The notes under the pieces were generated by a model that worked only from the letters and a program-made list of their open reading frames with translations, was not told the origin of the DNA and did not search any database. DNA of 64,000 nt. Origin: Tubulanus polymorphus. Lineage: Eukaryota > Animalia > Nemertea. The stretch is taken from assembly GCF_964204645.1 (NCBI RefSeq), contig NC_134031.1, forward strand, positions 17,987,910 through 18,051,909. The letters are read 5' to 3'. The position numbers and the translations under genes are program-made. Positions 59,698 to 64,000 of this stretch are shown here, in pieces (the stretch's first letter is position 1; the number at the start of each line of letters is the position of its first letter).

Positions 59698-62600
59698 ATG
59701 GCGTTCTTGGCGTACAAGGAGGTCGACGGAATTCTGATCAACGATACGACGACGTCGGACGCTGTGGACGGCGTGCCGGAGCAGGTTCTGCACGTATCCC
59801 ACGATGTTGACATCCCGGCGCGCTATTACACGCAAACCCTGTTCTCATCGACTCCCGCCACCGCCGAAAATCAGAGACAAAATTCTCGTCGACTCTCCGA
59901 AAAATCTGCTCGATACAGAATGGTATGGTTGTGGTATATTTTGCCACTATATTCAAATTTCGCAAATTTCTGTCATTTCTGTGTGGAACTGTAAATTCAG
60001 TGTAGCTTTACTGGTAAAAGTGCAGATCCGCACCTCTCCGCGTAAACGGTTCAATCAATTACAAATATCATTGTTTCAGATTTAGATGTCATCAGCAATT
60101 CAGTACATTGCCATTGGTTAATTTTAAATCTTCACTAGAAAGATTTAAGCCTGGATTCTGTCATTCAGTAGATTGCGTCAATCACGAGAGGTGCGGATCT
60201 GCACTTTTACCTAGCTTTACTTGATGTGGACGTAATCCTTTTTGCTTCATTCACTGTGTGTGTACTTCTGCTACGGCCACTAAGGCCGTGAGTCTGGCTG
60301 GGTGTTGTATGAATTTAGGAAATTTAGCATTATTCATTGGCGGCTGATATTATTTTGCCAATTCGGCATTATTTCCGTTAACGCTGTTTTGCGATAACTC
60401 ATTCTGATTGGCTAATTTATACCGCACTGCGATGCACAACTTTTCAAGAAAAGTGTAAAATCAGAGAGAAAATAGAGCGGATTCGAAACCCAGTCCCAGG
60501 CAGTGAACTGCTAGCATAGCATCTTATCGCTAGACCACCAAATACATTCAGTCGATATAGCTGAGTATGTGCGCTAGTGCAATATCCTCCCCTAGCTGTA
60601 GATCTCAAAAATTCATTAACTAGGCCTTAAACCTCCAAATAACACTTAAATCGAACCCTAATCCTTACCCTGTAATCTTACCTTTATTAAAAGACTTAAA
60701 TTTTTTAATTGTGTTCATGTGTATCGGCAAAATGGTGTTTACACAAACAATGCCAAATTGGCAAAATAGGCACTAACCAGTCATGCCTACTCCCAAATTA
60801 TTTGCTAGAAATTGTGTGCTTGTTTGTTGTAGGTTCATGTGGATTGGGGTAAAGATTTCGGTCAGCTCGACTACACGAAAAACATGTTAGCTTTACTTCA
60901 AGTTCAGAACAATCCGATCACCGAAGAAAAAACTAACAGCATACAGCAATTCTTGAAAAACCATTTGTGTTGCCTAGTCAGGTAATAATGAAGATATTTA
61001 TTAGAATGAGAAATATGAGATATCTTGACAACGGTGACTGTGAACCAGAAATATGGGTATATCTCAAAAGTGGCAATGGTAGCTGAACCAGAAATATATT
61101 GCATATCTTGCTCTACGGATCTTGGTTTCCCAAGACTAACCCTATTTGATTATTCATTTAACCTTGCGATGGGACTGGCTTTAAAGTTTTGCACTGTGTA
61201 AGCAGTCAGCAGGATTCAAACCCGCTCGACACTCGGCACTGATGGTGAATACAACAGCATTCTCCTTATCCCATTGAGCAACCGAGACCACATTCAGATA
61301 TATGAGATATCAGAGTTATATCTGAACCTGAAAATATGAGATATCTCATAGTGGCAGAATCAGAAATATGTGAAGAGTTGATGACTTAATTTATGAAAAC
61401 CCCCTGCAGTTTCAATAGTATTCAAACTAACTTTAAATCAAACAAAAATTCATGCGAGGCAAGGAACGTTTGTGTTTTTCCCAAACTGCATACCTGGTAC
61501 GTATGTTATTTGGGGTTCCCCTTCTGCGATTTACGACCTTTCATTGACTCGGCAAACAAATAACTTTCATACTTAAAGCATTAAGTGTCTTCTAGGCTGT
61601 TTACTCGGTACAGAACCAAACAAAACTTTATATCGACAATATAGAATTTCACTAACACCAAATTCATTGACTTCATTTAAGATCAGACCAAGCAGGCCTT
61701 TGTTTCGCATTTCTTCACATTTGATATATATATTTTAGGAGTTATAGTTTATAAGTTAGATTCTGTTGGCCTATGAAGTACAATGAATGACGGTCCATCG
61801 CCGTTTAATTGTTGTAGGTGGGATTCGAAGCATCTGTTAGTGCAGCTGCCGGATGACGATGCCAGTCAGGCGCTCGGTCAGGCTTTCCTCGATGAAAGGT
61901 TGGATGACATCGACGGATACAAAGTTGAACGCATCGATCGTAAGTGAGAATTATTTTCAATATTTGTCCGAGTTATTAATTCACTCACGCGAATTAATGG
62001 CATTAGCAAGGGCTTTTCTCGTGAACTAGTGTTAATAATGCACTATTCAATTGCTTATGGAGCTATTTATTTAGTGTAAAAATGGTCTCGCAGAACCATG
62101 ATTCATGAATGATTCTAACCAAATGTATGAACAAGAAAACTAACTTGAAAGTTTATCGGTGCCTTGAAAAATAACACATACATTGCTTAATATTGTCAAC
62201 TATATTGTATTGTAAATAGTATAATATCAAGGGTCAATTATGGATTTGAGTATCGATAATTGAATTGAATTAACTGGCAACCAGTCTAGCCCCAATATAT
62301 TGATGACGTAGTGCAGGTCCTCTCAAAAATTGATTATTAGAATATATCAAAAATAGAATAAGAGTACAAAATATATTTAACCACAAAATGAACGCCAAAA
62401 TCGATGACATAGTGCACATCGACTCACGCAGAACCCCTTAAATAACAAATATTAGGTATCAATGTATAGTAAACATTAGTGTAAGGGATTTTACTGCATC
62501 AAAAAGAAAAGAATCGTAATCCAGGGGTATATTTGGGGAAACTTTATGTGCCAGCCCAGTTTACTTCATCACAAATTTCGATTTTGCATTTCAGCTTCGG

Positions 62601-63289
62601 TTCTGACGAACCCGCCGAAAGTTCTGTTCGAAATCGACACGAATCAATCGGATAAAGTATGCCAGTGCCTCAGCGAAGTGATCGCGCCGTTCGCCGCCAG
62701 ATTTACGTATATCGTAGTTAGACAAGTCGATTCTATAATGCCCGATCAGGATTTGATTCCCGCGTTGATCGTCAGTTTACTGTTTCACGGCCGCAGTCAA
62801 GGGAACGCCGAACGCGCCGTACAACATTTGAACGAATCGCCGTGGTTAAAAGTATCGTTGCCGAGCGGCATCGCTTCCGAACTGGACTTCCCGTTGGTTT
62901 TGTATCGCAACGGCCGGTTCAACGTGCCGATGATCGGTATCCAAACGGGATGCGTACAATCAGGGATACAGCTAACTCTTCTAGTCCAAGATTCTCAAAA
63001 CTTCCAGTCGATGGAGAGCTTTTATTGCAAAGTTACCGGGCTCGTACCGTTGAGGCGTAGTAGCCACGAATCGGCGATGCGCTATTGTACGTTTCCGCTG
63101 TCTTCTCGCGCCGAACTCGTGATCGCGTTTTATCCGGAATTCGCCGCGAAATCGTTGCGCAACGCTGCTATTTATATCCAAGTGTCCGAAGTCAACCATA
63201 TCGATAGCCTGATCAGACTCAGCGAGGATCACTGGCACACTAACGACCCCGAAGGAAACCGTGTTGTTTTATATATGCCGCTGAAATGA
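59698..63289 (+). CDS. FAM124: FAM124-like protein (glyoxalase/VOC-like fold); exons 59698-59922, 60833-60885, 61818-61939, 62595-63289
   Basis: The last exon resembles FAM124 (PAL.V.LLF..LNESPW...P..G....I..TL.....NF....FY...W.TNDPEGNRVVL). The exons join in phases 0, 2 and 1. Confidence 0.72.
60013..60211. mobile_element. Young MITE with 26-bp perfect TIRs and a 10-bp TSD (Mutator/MULE-like)
   Basis: TIR GGTAAAAGTGCAGATCCGCACCTCTC at both ends; TAGCTTTACT duplicated at 60003-60012 and 60212-60221. Confidence 0.85.
60477..60540 (-). mobile_element. tRNA-derived SINE head
   Basis: Minus-strand A-box TGGTCTAGCG and B-box-like GTTTCGAATCC; no tRNA cloverleaf. Confidence 0.5.
61205..61283 (-). 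mobile_element. tRNA-derived SINE head
   Basis: Minus-strand A-box TTGCTCAATGG and B-box GGTTTGAATCC. Confidence 0.5.
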
Positions 63290-63311
63290 ATTCAATAAAT
63301 ATCTCTTTTTG

Positions 63312-63599
63312 CGGGGTCCCTACAACTCCTTGATTCCCGACTTAAAAAATCTTTTTTTAACCAAAAATCTTTTTTAAGGTCAATGAAACTTCAAAACTAG
63401 AAATGTCTGTAATTGTACAGTAGTAAACTATGCCTTAATTGGGACCCGGATTTTTTTTTTTATTGAGATAAACAGTTCCGATTTAGGAGGAGTCTACCGT
63501 AATTGGGATATGAAAGTGATGTAGACACTTCCTCTAAATTTGTAAGTTTCTCCTTTAAAACTCCTTACATTCAGGAATGACTGATCTGCAGGGACCCTG
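63312..63599 (+). mobile_element. MITE family A copy just downstream of the FAM124-like stop codon
   Basis: cggggtccctacaactcc...gatctgcagggaccctg. Confidence 0.75.
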
Positions 63600-64000
63600 T
63601 TTTGGTCGGTACATTTCGAATAAATGCATGAGGTCACACGCGCATCTGTATCAGCATCTGTATCAGCGTGTGTTTTTATCATCATATTTGCTTTTCAAGG
63701 TGCTTTGAAGGAATTTTATTTAAAACCATAGGAATCATTTAAAACCTGTTTTCGGCTGGGCTGCATTTATCGCCGGGAAATATCCCAATTTTCTTGTGTT
63801 ACGTTAAATATTTATCAACCGAAAATCAAAACCAAGGAAACAGTATCGATAATGAATATTTTAGTCAATAATACTTTATCGTGTATATACGGTCTTAAAT
63901 ATATTTATTTGAATTCGAACATTTTTTGTAAAATTTTACGATAAATTAATGTAAAACGCAGAGATATTGTTCTGTGAGATACATTGTATGTATTGATGAT

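Overview
AT-rich, intron-dense animal (invertebrate, probably lophotrochozoan-like) genomic DNA; there is no prokaryotic content, CRISPR array or rRNA. I assembled eight spliced protein-coding genes by hand from splice sites and intron phase. In order: two tandem GAPR-1/GLIPR2-like CAP genes (+); PIGP (-) head-to-head with NPHP4 (+); a GFA/CENP-V-domain gene with a bacterial-looking domain (-); an SLC5A (SGLT-type) sodium/solute symporter (+); an F-BAR/HR1/SH3 gene of the FNBP1L/TOCA-1/CIP4 family (-), head-to-head with a FAM124-like gene (+). Introns carry several MITE families, tRNA-derived SINE fragments and microsatellites. Main points of interest: (1) minimal hammerhead-ribozyme motifs of the Penelope-like-element type, one in an SLC5A intron and a two-strand pair in a perfect 110-bp-arm fold-back with a 34-nt tail and a 14-bp direct repeat. 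(2) An NPHP4 locus that appears to have two alternative first exons, one adding a ~220-aa acidic extension with a myristoylation-type N-terminus, plus a pair of duplicated mutually exclusive exons. (3) Two 15-nt microexons in the TOCA gene. (4) GAPR-1 paralogues with switchable N- and C-termini, including a GC-AG intron. All gene models and homology calls come from reading and recollection, not from searches.
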